From Candidatus Fraserbacteria bacterium (GTDB taxonomy: Bacteria; Bipolaricaulota; Bipolaricaulia; RBG-16-55-9; DRXL01), in the NCBI GenBank assembly GCA_947085185.1, contig CAMTVK010000009.1:1-51505 (forward strand): 51,505 bases of DNA, given 5' to 3'. The position numbers were made by a program, and so were the translations under genes. Below the pieces are notes generated by a model. That model was not told the origin of the DNA, did no database searches, and saw nothing but the letters and a program-made list of their open reading frames with translations. Numbering within the stretch: the stretch's first letter is position 1; each line of letters begins with the position of its first letter. Below, piece after piece: positions 1 through 8,214 of this stretch.

Positions 1-52
1 AAAAAGATAAACCTCACCTGCACATTTCATGCCGAACAGTATTGGATAATCC

Positions 53-1567
53 TCACTCTTTACCTTTAGCCTTTTTCTTCAGCTCTATCCAGTCCTTCAT
101 ATGCTGGAGATTTTCGGTAAGATTCCACCAGCCATTCTTAAAGGTAGCATAATCAGGCGCGCCTGTCATTGCAGAGGCATATTTAATAGAATTCCCATAG
201 AACAGCCACTGCCTTATCCACAGCTGCTCTATAGTCTCATCAAAGGGGTTCTTGCCGTGGGGAAGTCCCTCAGCGAGGTTGTTCTTCCATGCATCAACAA
301 GCAGGAGGGTGGCGGCAAGGGTCATGCTGTCAACCTCTTTAATGGTATTGTCCAGTTTGGCAAAGTGGTTGTTCGCCCACGATGTGCCATGGCAGGTGTT
401 GCAGATATTCTTCATTGCGCCTTCCCTCTTCATCTGCTCTTCTTTGCTGATTAGACCTTCTGCGGCAACCTCGCCTGTGAATGCGGTCGGCATAGGCAAT
501 CCGTCCTTATTTCTGAGAACGGACGTATCGCCGTGAACCGGCTGTGGATGGGAATAAACAAGGCCGAAGAGCCTTACCCATAGCCTTGAGCCAAAGTCAT
601 GGGTCCTCTGAGCGATGACCGTTTTTCCGTCAGGCGCGGTTATGAGGCTGTTATGGCATGTGGCGCAGGTGGGCGTCTGGAAGTCCTTTCCCGCCTTCCA
701 TGGAACTGCATTGAAGTTCCACTCCTGATATTTTGAGAAGTATATGTTTCCGTGCTTACTCTCTTTATAGACATTCCACGCAGGTACGTCCGGGTCAAGG
801 TGGCACTGGGCGCATGTGTACGGTTTCCTTGCTATCTCAATAGAAAAGCTATGCCTCGGATGGCATGCAGTGCACGCCCCCATGCTTCCATCAGGATTAA
901 GCCTTCCCACCCCCTGATTGGGCCAGTTCCTGAGATTGGGGACCTTTATCTTTCCGAGCTTTGTCTCAACCTCCTTCAAGCCTTCCACCTTTACATCTGT
1001 GCCATGACATGAAAAACATGTCTCTTTCTGTGTAAGGTGCGAGGATTCCAGCTGGATCACCTTTCCATCTTTTACTTCCTTTTTGCTTATAATGGTCTCT
1101 AAAAGGGTACTATATACCGGATTCTTCTTGAGATTTCCGTGTGCATGGGCCTTTTTGCTGCCCGAATATTCCTTCGCCTCTGCGGGATGGCATGTAGAAC
1201 AGTCATTCATGGATACCACAACATTGATCTTGTATCCCATGTGGTCAAAGTTGTCCATATGTCTGTCGGGATTCAGGCTGTGGCACTCATAGCATCCCAC
1301 CACAACATTTTCAAGATGAGCAGGAACCTTTTCTGCAGACATCCTTCTTTCAAGCTCAGGTTTTTTTAAGGCAAGGGCAGGGGTTGTTTTTGAATGCAGG
1401 CTCCTTAACCAATCCTCAACAATACCCGGCGTGTAAATCCTGTGGCACGCCAGGCATGCCTCTGTCTCTTTGCTCATGGGTGGTGCAGACTCTTCTTTCT
1501 TCGTCTGAGCAAACACAAGGGTTAGCGATAGAAGTAAAACAGAAGAAATAAATATTGACTTTTTCAT
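53..1567 (-). CDS. Octaheme cytochrome c, hydroxylamine oxidoreductase (HAO)-family, probably reductive type
   Basis: Sec signal peptide; 8 CxxCH (CLACH, CYECH, CSTCH, CFSCH, CTACH, CAQCH, CATCH, CNTCH); HAO-typical segments WPNQGVGRLNPDGS, CHPRHSFS, YKESKHG; SD GGAGGA upstream. Confidence 0.88.
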   Translation of the reverse strand: MKKSIFISSVLLLSLTLVFAQTKKEESAPPMSKETEACLACHRIYTPGIVEDWLRSLHSKTTPALALKKPELERRMSAEKVPAHLENVVVGCYECHSLNPDRHMDNFDHMGYKINVVVSMNDCSTCHPAEAKEYSGSKKAHAHGNLKKNPVYSTLLETIISKKEVKDGKVIQLESSHLTQKETCFSCHGTDVKVEGLKEVETKLGKIKVPNLRNWPNQGVGRLNPDGSMGACTACHPRHSFSIEIARKPYTCAQCHLDPDVPAWNVYKESKHGNIYFSKYQEWNFNAVPWKAGKDFQTPTCATCHNSLITAPDGKTVIAQRTHDFGSRLWVRLFGLVYSHPQPVHGDTSVLRNKDGLPMPTAFTGEVAAEGLISKEEQMKREGAMKNICNTCHGTSWANNHFAKLDNTIKEVDSMTLAATLLLVDAWKNNLAEGLPHGKNPFDETIEQLWIRQWLFYGNSIKYASAMTGAPDYATFKNGWWNLTENLQHMKDWIELKKKAKGKE

Positions 1568-1660
1568 GTTATCCTCCTCCTCGTACTTTGGCCACTGGCG
1601 CTTCTGTTACTTCGCTCATGGTTTATCCCTACTCAGTATAATCACTGGGCTTCGGGAGGC

Positions 1661-1676
1661 TATGAACTGATTCACA
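1661..1676. promoter_or_regulatory. Crp-family binding site upstream of the HAO-like gene
   Basis: TATGA-N6-TCACA (1 mismatch to TGTGA-N6-TCACA), ~30 nt upstream of a minus-strand TATACT -10 (1635-1640), i.e. class II activator spacing. Confidence 0.55.
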
Positions 1677-1694
1677 GAATGAAGCTGATCTTAG

Positions 1695-2492
1695 TCAGCT
1701 CTCAGCGGCCTGGGCCAGAGATCTGGAAGCTGAGATGGGGCCCGTATCCAAGAGTCGTTCGAGGGACGTCTGGTCAATGAGCATATGACGCTCATGGTAG
1801 CCAAGAGCGCCTGCTTTTCGAAAAGTATTCAAGTGTTTGTTGATGGCTTCTCTGGTAAGGCCAAGCATCTCCGCCAGCTCTGTCTGAGTGAGTTCCAGCT
1901 CGATCAAGATTTGGCCGTTGAAAGGGCGTCCATACTCCTGAGCCAGGCTCAAGAGCAGCCGGGCCAGGCGCTCTTCGGCGCTGCCGTGGCGTGTGGCCAA
2001 CAGCAACTCCTCTGTGCGGTGGAGGCGCTGCAGAAGATACCTGAGCAGGCGCCGCATCACCGAAGCATTCCGCAGGAGATCGGACATATCGCTGCGCGCG
2101 ATGAAGAAGAGCTTTGTCTCCGTGAGGGCTTGCGCGGAAGATAAATAGGTCGAATTCTCTCTGAGAGCTTCTTCACCCAGCAGCCCTGCCGGTCCTACGA
2201 TCTGCAAGATCTGGCGCCGACCATTGGACGCGCGCTTAAAGAGCTTGACCTTCCCTTCGTAGACGACATACAGCCCAAACGCCGGGTTGCCTTCATGGAA
2301 GACCATCTGCCCTGGATCGTAGCGGAGCGCATGGACCCGTCGCTTCAGCTCCTCCTCAGGAAGCTCGCCAAAAATGCACCGGTCTCTCATCAGACAGCAT
2401 GTGCATACCTCGTGCGACTTGTTCGTTTTCATCTTTGTGAGCTTCTGGGCATAGTATAGACGTGCTTGCTCTGGTTGTGCTATGAGCTCCAT
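1695..2492 (-). CDS. Crp/Fnr family transcriptional regulator with N-terminal Cys cluster (FNR-like); true start may be 2432
   Basis: CTCCLMRDRC N-terminal cluster, cNMP-fold motif (VYEGKVKL...GEEAL), HTH LTQTELAEMLGLTREAINK. Confidence 0.9.
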   Translation of the reverse strand: MELIAQPEQARLYYAQKLTKMKTNKSHEVCTCCLMRDRCIFGELPEEELKRRVHALRYDPGQMVFHEGNPAFGLYVVYEGKVKLFKRASNGRRQILQIVGPAGLLGEEALRENSTYLSSAQALTETKLFFIARSDMSDLLRNASVMRRLLRYLLQRLHRTEELLLATRHGSAEERLARLLLSLAQEYGRPFNGQILIELELTQTELAEMLGLTREAINKHLNTFRKAGALGYHERHMLIDQTSLERLLDTGPISASRSLAQAAES

Positions 2493-2520
2493 CAGAGAGA
2501 GGCATGATTTTTATCCATAA

Positions 2521-2560
2521 ATAAAACAAAGAGGGCTTGGCTGGCGTGCCAAAGCCCTCT
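2521..2560 (-). terminator. Rho-independent terminator after the octaheme cytochrome gene
   Basis: AGAGGGC-TTGGC...GCCAA-A-GCCCTCT stem followed on the minus strand by a U-rich tract. Confidence 0.6.
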
Positions 2561-2577
2561 GCCGACTCCATCTCTGC

Positions 2578-3711
2578 TTACCGGCCGAGCTTCTTGAGCT
2601 GTTCTTCGGTAAGCGGCTCGGCGTAGAGCATCTGTACAAGATCGGTTCCGGACTTCAGGAAGACCCACTTGGCCGGATCGGTTTGTGGATCCTTAGGATC
2701 GCCCTTGTAGTCCACAAAGTCCAACTGGAGCGCCTTCTGCCAATCAGGCGGAATAGGGATGACGCCCTTGGCGAAGACGAGCTTCGAGCCGTCCCACTTG
2801 GAGAGCGTGATCTTCCCCGTGCTCTTGTATTCTTTCAGCGCCTCGCTGGCGTGGCACTCCATGCAGTCGCGCCCTTGTTTGGTGATCGTATGGGCGCGGA
2901 AGGGCGCCAAGGCTACAAACGACTTGCCCCTATACGTGAGAGTCATCAGCGTGCCCGAGTAGACTTTATCGGTTCCCTTGCGGTTGAGCAGCAACGCGAA
3001 GTCGCGCATCACCCCGTAGGTGCGTTTGATGCCCGCTGCGACCTCGCTCTCAAAGTGGCAGTTATAGCAAGAGATGACGGTCTGGGAGTGGCAGCTCGTG
3101 CAGTGCACGGTCTTCTCGTGCACGACGTGGGCGGTATTTGCTGCAAGCTTCGTGTGGCACTTCTCGCAGCTGGCATCCATGGCGCCGGGCTCCAGCCACG
3201 ACTTGTATATCTTGCCGTCGCCGTGCATCTCCCGGGTGGTGTGACAGCTTGTGCACTCCAGCTTCTTCTCCCGATGGACGTCGGAGTAGTGAGCGATCTC
3301 AAAGGCCTGCCGCCGATGGCACTTCAAGCACGTCTCTTGCTTCACCTTGTCCCCAGGCTGCACATGACAGTCTTTGCAGCTTGGGGTGTAGGTAGCCGGA
3401 TCGACTTTCGAGCCGTCGGCGTAGGTCCCCGGATGGCACTTGAGACACCCTAACTGTTCTATAGGGATATTCGTGAGCGTCTCAAAGCCACCGTTTTCCT
3501 TGCTGTACCACGTGCGCTTGCCCTCGCGAGTCGCGTGGAGGCTCGTGGGGAAGGTCGCAGCCGGGTCCTGCTGCACCGCCGGGTGGGCCTGGGCCAGCAC
3601 CGCGTCAAAGTGGTGCTGGTGGTGAGATGGAACGGACTTCCACAGCCCCGACCCAACAAGCACGCCGATACAGAGCCCTACCACCACCAGTGTTGCTAGG
3701 AGCTTCTTCAT
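2578..3711 (-). CDS. Periplasmic octaheme cytochrome c
   Basis: Signal/anchor N-terminus; 8 CxxCH (CLKCH, CKDCH, CLKCH, CTSCH, CEKCH, CTSCH, CYNCH, CMECH); SD AGGAGG. Confidence 0.88.
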   Translation of the reverse strand: MKKLLATLVVVGLCIGVLVGSGLWKSVPSHHQHHFDAVLAQAHPAVQQDPAATFPTSLHATREGKRTWYSKENGGFETLTNIPIEQLGCLKCHPGTYADGSKVDPATYTPSCKDCHVQPGDKVKQETCLKCHRRQAFEIAHYSDVHREKKLECTSCHTTREMHGDGKIYKSWLEPGAMDASCEKCHTKLAANTAHVVHEKTVHCTSCHSQTVISCYNCHFESEVAAGIKRTYGVMRDFALLLNRKGTDKVYSGTLMTLTYRGKSFVALAPFRAHTITKQGRDCMECHASEALKEYKSTGKITLSKWDGSKLVFAKGVIPIPPDWQKALQLDFVDYKGDPKDPQTDPAKWVFLKSGTDLVQMLYAEPLTEEQLKKLGR

Positions 3712-3840
3712 CTGAGTTCACCTCCTTTCTCGCTCAGTCTTTTATTATCTTGATGAGAATAGTGTGGTTTGTCTAGGACACATATCAGGGGAAAGCCTGC
3801 GTTTTTCGAGAGAGAAGGACGCTTTGCGCCTGAAAAGGAG

Positions 3841-3854
3841 ATGATGAAAATCAA
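3841..3854. promoter_or_regulatory. FNR-type box
   Basis: ATGAT-GAAA-ATCAA, 1 mismatch to TTGAT-N4-ATCAA, upstream of the octaheme gene. Confidence 0.5.
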
Positions 3855-3984
3855 ACTCTGCCGGTTACTGAAGTTGCCAGCTCATCACACGCGACCCTCG
3901 CCAGCAGGCTTGCTCCTCCTAAGCAGGATGCTTTAGCATCGGCGCTACCGACGCAGCTCTTTATGTTTTAATTTCCGTGATTTA

Positions 3985-4719
3985 TCAGAATAGCTTCTCA
4001 TCCAAGCAAGTCGTTTGTGGCTCAGCCAGCTCTCTTAATTGCTCCGGGTCTGTGATGACGATCTTGTGATCACTCAGGGTTATTAAGTCCTGCTCCCGAA
4101 GCTTGCTCAATTCGTGAATCACCGTGTCCAGGTGAACGCCCAGAAGCTCCGCGAGCTCTTGGCGGCTCAGCGGTATATCTAACACAATGCCATCGCGCGT
4201 GCGCCTCCCAAAACGATCCATCAAGATCACCAGCAATCTCAAGAGATTCTGCTCCACCGGCTCGTACGCTAACTCCACGAGCTTGCACTCGAAGATTCGC
4301 AATTGACGTGTCAGGTGCTCGCACAATTGCTGAAAGATCACGGGATAGCACTTCAGAAAGTCCAGAAAAGCGCGACGCTCGATGAACGCTACTTCGGTCT
4401 CGGTGAGGGCGCGGGCGTAGCCAGGGCAAGCACAGAACTCCGACTGAAAGAGCATCTCCTCGCCGAAGCAGTCCCCTGGCCCTAAGATCTTGAGAATCCG
4501 TCGGCGGCCGCGCCGCCTTGAGCGCTTTCCGTACTGTACCAACCCACGAACGACAAAATAAAACCCTGCTGAAGGCCCTCCCTCTTGAAAGATCAAATCC
4601 CCTCGACTGTATGTGATCTTATGGAGACGTCTCGATAGCTCCTCCAGCGCTTCTTCGGGCAACTCCCGCAAGAGCGCGCATCTTTGCAGTGCAGCTCGAT
4701 CTCTCGTGGCAGGTGCCAT
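3985..4719 (-). CDS. Crp/Fnr family transcriptional regulator
   Basis: cNMP fold (IFQEGG...ILGPGDCFGE), HTH LSRQELAELLGVHLDTV; start moved to ATG 4719, which has a GGAGG SD. Confidence 0.9.
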   Translation of the reverse strand: MAPATRDRAALQRCALLRELPEEALEELSRRLHKITYSRGDLIFQEGGPSAGFYFVVRGLVQYGKRSRRRGRRRILKILGPGDCFGEEMLFQSEFCACPGYARALTETEVAFIERRAFLDFLKCYPVIFQQLCEHLTRQLRIFECKLVELAYEPVEQNLLRLLVILMDRFGRRTRDGIVLDIPLSRQELAELLGVHLDTVIHELSKLREQDLITLSDHKIVITDPEQLRELAEPQTTCLDEKLF

Positions 4720-4807
4720 AGCACCTCCGCTCTTTGAGTATAGCGAGTCTATACCAGAGCAGGCTATGACAAGGAGCATCCCTCAAGCTGCGCTCCGTCA
4801 CGTGCTG

Positions 4808-4821
4808 TTGACAAGAATCAT
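4808..4821. promoter_or_regulatory. FNR-type box in the divergent promoter region
   Basis: TTGAC-AAGA-ATCAT between the Crp/Fnr gene and the cytochrome operon. Confidence 0.4.
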
Positions 4822-4962
4822 ATTTCTCGATGCGCTCCGTCATGGCCAACTCCGCGAGGGGCCGATTACAATGGAGCACCAAGCTGCTAGGGAAGAAAGG
4901 AGGTGCACAAGTATAGAGATTCAGCGTAGAAAGCGCACACCTACACAAGAAGAAGGAGGTAG

Positions 4963-5544
4963 ATGGACATGCGTAAGCTCGTGGTTGGGATACTCGTAGG
5001 AATTGTCGTAGTGGGTGGCGTGAGCTTCATGATCGTGACGCAGCCGAAGTTCCCCGTTCCGGACAAGATCCCTGGCGTTACAGCGGCAGACCCCGCGCCC
5101 CGCGGGTGCGTGGACTGCCACACTAAAGACAAGGCCGATGACCCACTAGCAAAACTCTCCGTCCTGATGGACGCGTACAATAAGCGCGGCGCCCCAGCGT
5201 CGGTGAAGGCTGCCGCTCAAGTCGCCATTAAGGCTGCCGGGGGCGATCCCGCCAAGATCACGGGCAAGCATCCCACCGGCGGGGCCATGTTCAAAGGCCA
5301 GGACCTGCCCAAGGCGTGCTTGCAATGTCACAGCGGAGACGGCAAGAGCATCCCGCGCCTGGACGCCATGCTCTATCTGCTCAAGTACGCGGACTTCAAA
5401 GACGGAAAATTCGTCACCCCTGCGACCACAGACTTTGTGAAGAAGCTCGGCGGGTGGTGCACCGCGTGTCATACGTTTGAAGGTTGGAAGGAGAAGGACG
5501 GGGCCCTCACGAGCAAGATCGTGCTCAAGCAGGGCAAAGAATAA
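4963..5544 (+). CDS. Membrane-anchored or exported triheme cytochrome c
   Basis: Hydrophobic N-terminus; CVDCH, CLQCH, CTACH; SD AGGAGG. Confidence 0.85.
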   Translation: MDMRKLVVGILVGIVVVGGVSFMIVTQPKFPVPDKIPGVTAADPAPRGCVDCHTKDKADDPLAKLSVLMDAYNKRGAPASVKAAAQVAIKAAGGDPAKITGKHPTGGAMFKGQDLPKACLQCHSGDGKSIPRLDAMLYLLKYADFKDGKFVTPATTDFVKKLGGWCTACHTFEGWKEKDGALTSKIVLKQGKE

Positions 5545-5598
5545 TAACTCAGAAGGGGTGAGGCCGTGAAGAGGGCGTGGGGCGGGGAAGGTGCGCTC

Positions 5599-6027
5599 AT
5601 GACGGATCGTCGGACGTTCTTAAGTCAGCTCTTATCGGGCTCGCTGATCGTGGGGCTGATTGGGGTGGTGGGGGCTGTCGTAGCATATCTCTTTCCCCCG
5701 GAGCGTCGGGTCTTCACCCCAGCGCGCAGGCGGCTGAGGGTCGCCAAAGCAGACGAGCTCCCCCAAGGCAAAGGTAAGCACGTGCTCTTCGACGGCGAGC
5801 CCGTGTGGGTCTTGCATCTGAAGGGAGGGTTTGTGGCGCTCTCCGCGATATGCACCCATAAGGGGTGTATCGTCACTTGGGATGAGAAGCGTCGGGTGCT
5901 GGCGTGTCCGTGCCATGCGGGGGTCTTCGACGCCAACGGCAACGTGTTGGCGGGACCGCCGCGGCGCCCCTTGGAGCGCCTGCGCGTCTCCATCATCAGA
6001 GAAGAGATCTATATCGGGGAGGGATGA
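5599..6027 (+). CDS. Rieske [2Fe-2S] subunit of a bc/b6f-type complex
   Basis: Tat motif DRRTFL plus TM; CTHKGC and CPCH Rieske boxes; GPPRRPL; start placed at ATG 5599. Confidence 0.92.
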   Translation: MTDRRTFLSQLLSGSLIVGLIGVVGAVVAYLFPPERRVFTPARRRLRVAKADELPQGKGKHVLFDGEPVWVLHLKGGFVALSAICTHKGCIVTWDEKRRVLACPCHAGVFDANGNVLAGPPRRPLERLRVSIIREEIYIGEG

Positions 6028-6998
6028 TGAGCGCTCTCGCACGGGTGAGAGAGCTGGTGCGCGCTGAACTGCGCGCCAAAGCACCCTCAAACGTGCGCCT
6101 CTGGCACGTGTTGGAGGGACTGACGCTCTTTGTGCTCCTCATTGAGATCGCTTCAGGGATATTGCTGATGGTCTACTATCGTCCCTCGGCTGACGAAGCC
6201 TACGAAAGTGTGATCTATATTCTCAATGATGTGCGGTTGGGCTGGCTCATCTATGGGATACATCGCTGGGGGGCACAGCTCTTGATACTCTTGGTACTGG
6301 GGCATCTGGTACGGGTCTATTGTGCGGGGGCGTATCGAGAGCGCGAGCTCAACTGGGCCATCGGGGTTGTGCTCTTATTGGTCGTTGGGGCGTTCGCGTT
6401 TACAGGGACGCTCTTAGTCTGGGACCAGAGGGCTTTCTGGGTGACCGATGCAGCGCGGCGCGCCATCGCAGAGGTCCCCATTGTGGGCAAAGCGATTCTC
6501 TATTTTCTGTGGGGCAGCACCGAGCTCGATGTTGGAGCGCTCTTGCGATTCTATGTCTTTCACGTGGGGCTGCTGCCCTGGATCGCTATCGGCTTGGTGA
6601 TGGCTCATCTGTATTTAGTCAGCCGACAGGGGCTGTTCGGTCCACCGCGCTCGACTCAGTCAGATAAGACTTACGGCGATATAGTGCTGCATGGGGTGGC
6701 GTGGGCCATGCTGACGTTTGGAGTGGTGCTCACCTTGGCGGTGCTCTCCCCTGTGGAATTGCAAGGCAAGGCCGATCCTTTGAGCATAGAGCGCTTCAAG
6801 CCCCCTTGGTATTTCCTGCCCGTCTATGGGCTGCTGAAGCTGCTGAATAATACGGTGCTTGGGATAGCCCTCGTGGGCCTGGGGACGGTGGGGCTCTTTC
6901 TCGTGCCGTTGCTGCGCCAGCAGATAGTCGCGTGGGGAGTGGGCGTGATACTCATAGCCCTGATTGTGCTCTTGGGGGTAGTTGGCTTCTCTATCTGA
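6024..6998 (+). CDS. Cytochrome b/b6 (b6 and subunit IV fused)
   Basis: Heme b His pairs (IHRWGA...GHLVRV; FHVGL...AHL), LLMVYYRPS, KPPWY at the PEWY position; start overlaps the Rieske stop. Confidence 0.9.
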   Translation: MMSALARVRELVRAELRAKAPSNVRLWHVLEGLTLFVLLIEIASGILLMVYYRPSADEAYESVIYILNDVRLGWLIYGIHRWGAQLLILLVLGHLVRVYCAGAYRERELNWAIGVVLLLVVGAFAFTGTLLVWDQRAFWVTDAARRAIAEVPIVGKAILYFLWGSTELDVGALLRFYVFHVGLLPWIAIGLVMAHLYLVSRQGLFGPPRSTQSDKTYGDIVLHGVAWAMLTFGVVLTLAVLSPVELQGKADPLSIERFKPPWYFLPVYGLLKLLNNTVLGIALVGLGTVGLFLVPLLRQQIVAWGVGVILIALIVLLGVVGFSI

Positions 6999-7002
6999 GA
7001 CT

Positions 7003-8208
7003 ATGGCTCGCGCGATCATACTCGTGTCGCTGCTGGTGCTCTCTGGGCTCCCTGGTCGAGGTCAAGAGCAGAACTCGTGCTTGGTCTGCCATAGCGAGAT
7101 CAAGATAGACTATCTCGAGAGCATTCACGCGGCATTCAATGTGACGTGTGTGGCGTGTCACGGCGGCGATCCCTCCACGCTCGACCATCGAGCAGCTCAC
7201 GCTCGAGAAGCTTTCTTTCAAGGCACACCCCAGCGAGCTCACATCCCTGAACTCTGTGCCGGATGCCATAGCGACCCCGTCAAGATGAAGCCCTATGGGC
7301 TCCGCACCGACCAATATGCTGAGTATCAGACATCGCAGCATGGCAAGCTGCTTGCCCAGGGAGATACGAACGTCGCAGTCTGTACCGACTGCCACACGGC
7401 TCATAGAATCCTGCCGGCGTGGGAACCCCGCAGCAGCGTCCATCCTGACAATATCCCTCAGACGTGTGCACGCTGCCATGCCGATAGACAGCTCATGGAG
7501 CCCTACGGCATCCCTACGGATCAGTTCGAAGAGTTTCGTCGAGGGGTACATGGGCAAGCTCTGCTTGAACAGGGGAACACGAAAGCTCCCAGCTGCGCTA
7601 CGTGCCATGGCGCTCACGGGGCTGTGCCCCCGGGTGTCGAAGATGTCTCCAAAGTGTGCGGGATATGCCACATCAACGAGCGTGTGTCCTTCAATGCCAG
7701 CCCCCACAAAAAACCTATGAATGATGCCCGAATCTCCGAATGTGCCAGTTGCCATGGCAACCACGCAATCGAACCCGTCGCGCACACTCAATTCGATAGG
7801 GTCTGTCTCAACTGTCACAGCGCGGGCTCGAAGGAGTACGCCGTGGGACAGAAGCTCAAGACATTGCTCGTAGAAGCGCAGCAGGCTCTCGAAGAAGCGA
7901 CGGCGCTCTTGGAGCAAGCGCAACGGATGGCCGTGGACGTCTCGGGCTATCGGTCTCGCATGATCGAAGCTCGGGCTTATCTCATTCAGGCGCTGCCGGT
8001 GCAACACTCGCTCGATGTCTCCCAAGTAGAGGAGCTGGCGCGCCGCGCTCGGTCTATCGCGAACGACGTGCGCGGGGCTCTACACGGTGTGCAAGCGACG
8101 TTCGCCATCCGGCTCTTGGGGCTGTCGCTCGTGTGGGTCTTCTTACTGTTGGTGATAATAGTGATCATGCTGGTGCGGCGCGAGCGGGCGCAACGCTCAG
8201 AGAGGTGA
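7003..8208 (+). CDS. Nonaheme cytochrome c3-like protein with C-terminal TM anchor
   Basis: Signal peptide, 9 CxxCH, helical region, C-terminal hydrophobic helix followed by RRERAQR. Confidence 0.88.
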   Translation: MARAIILVSLLVLSGLPGRGQEQNSCLVCHSEIKIDYLESIHAAFNVTCVACHGGDPSTLDHRAAHAREAFFQGTPQRAHIPELCAGCHSDPVKMKPYGLRTDQYAEYQTSQHGKLLAQGDTNVAVCTDCHTAHRILPAWEPRSSVHPDNIPQTCARCHADRQLMEPYGIPTDQFEEFRRGVHGQALLEQGNTKAPSCATCHGAHGAVPPGVEDVSKVCGICHINERVSFNASPHKKPMNDARISECASCHGNHAIEPVAHTQFDRVCLNCHSAGSKEYAVGQKLKTLLVEAQQALEEATALLEQAQRMAVDVSGYRSRMIEARAYLIQALPVQHSLDVSQVEELARRARSIANDVRGALHGVQATFAIRLLGLSLVWVFLLLVIIVIMLVRRERAQRSER

Positions 8209-8214
8209 CGCACC

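Noticed and set aside
1..30. Start of a gene downstream of the HAO-like gene (MKCAGEVYLF...)
   Set aside because: Only 10 codons are visible at the window edge; cannot be supported
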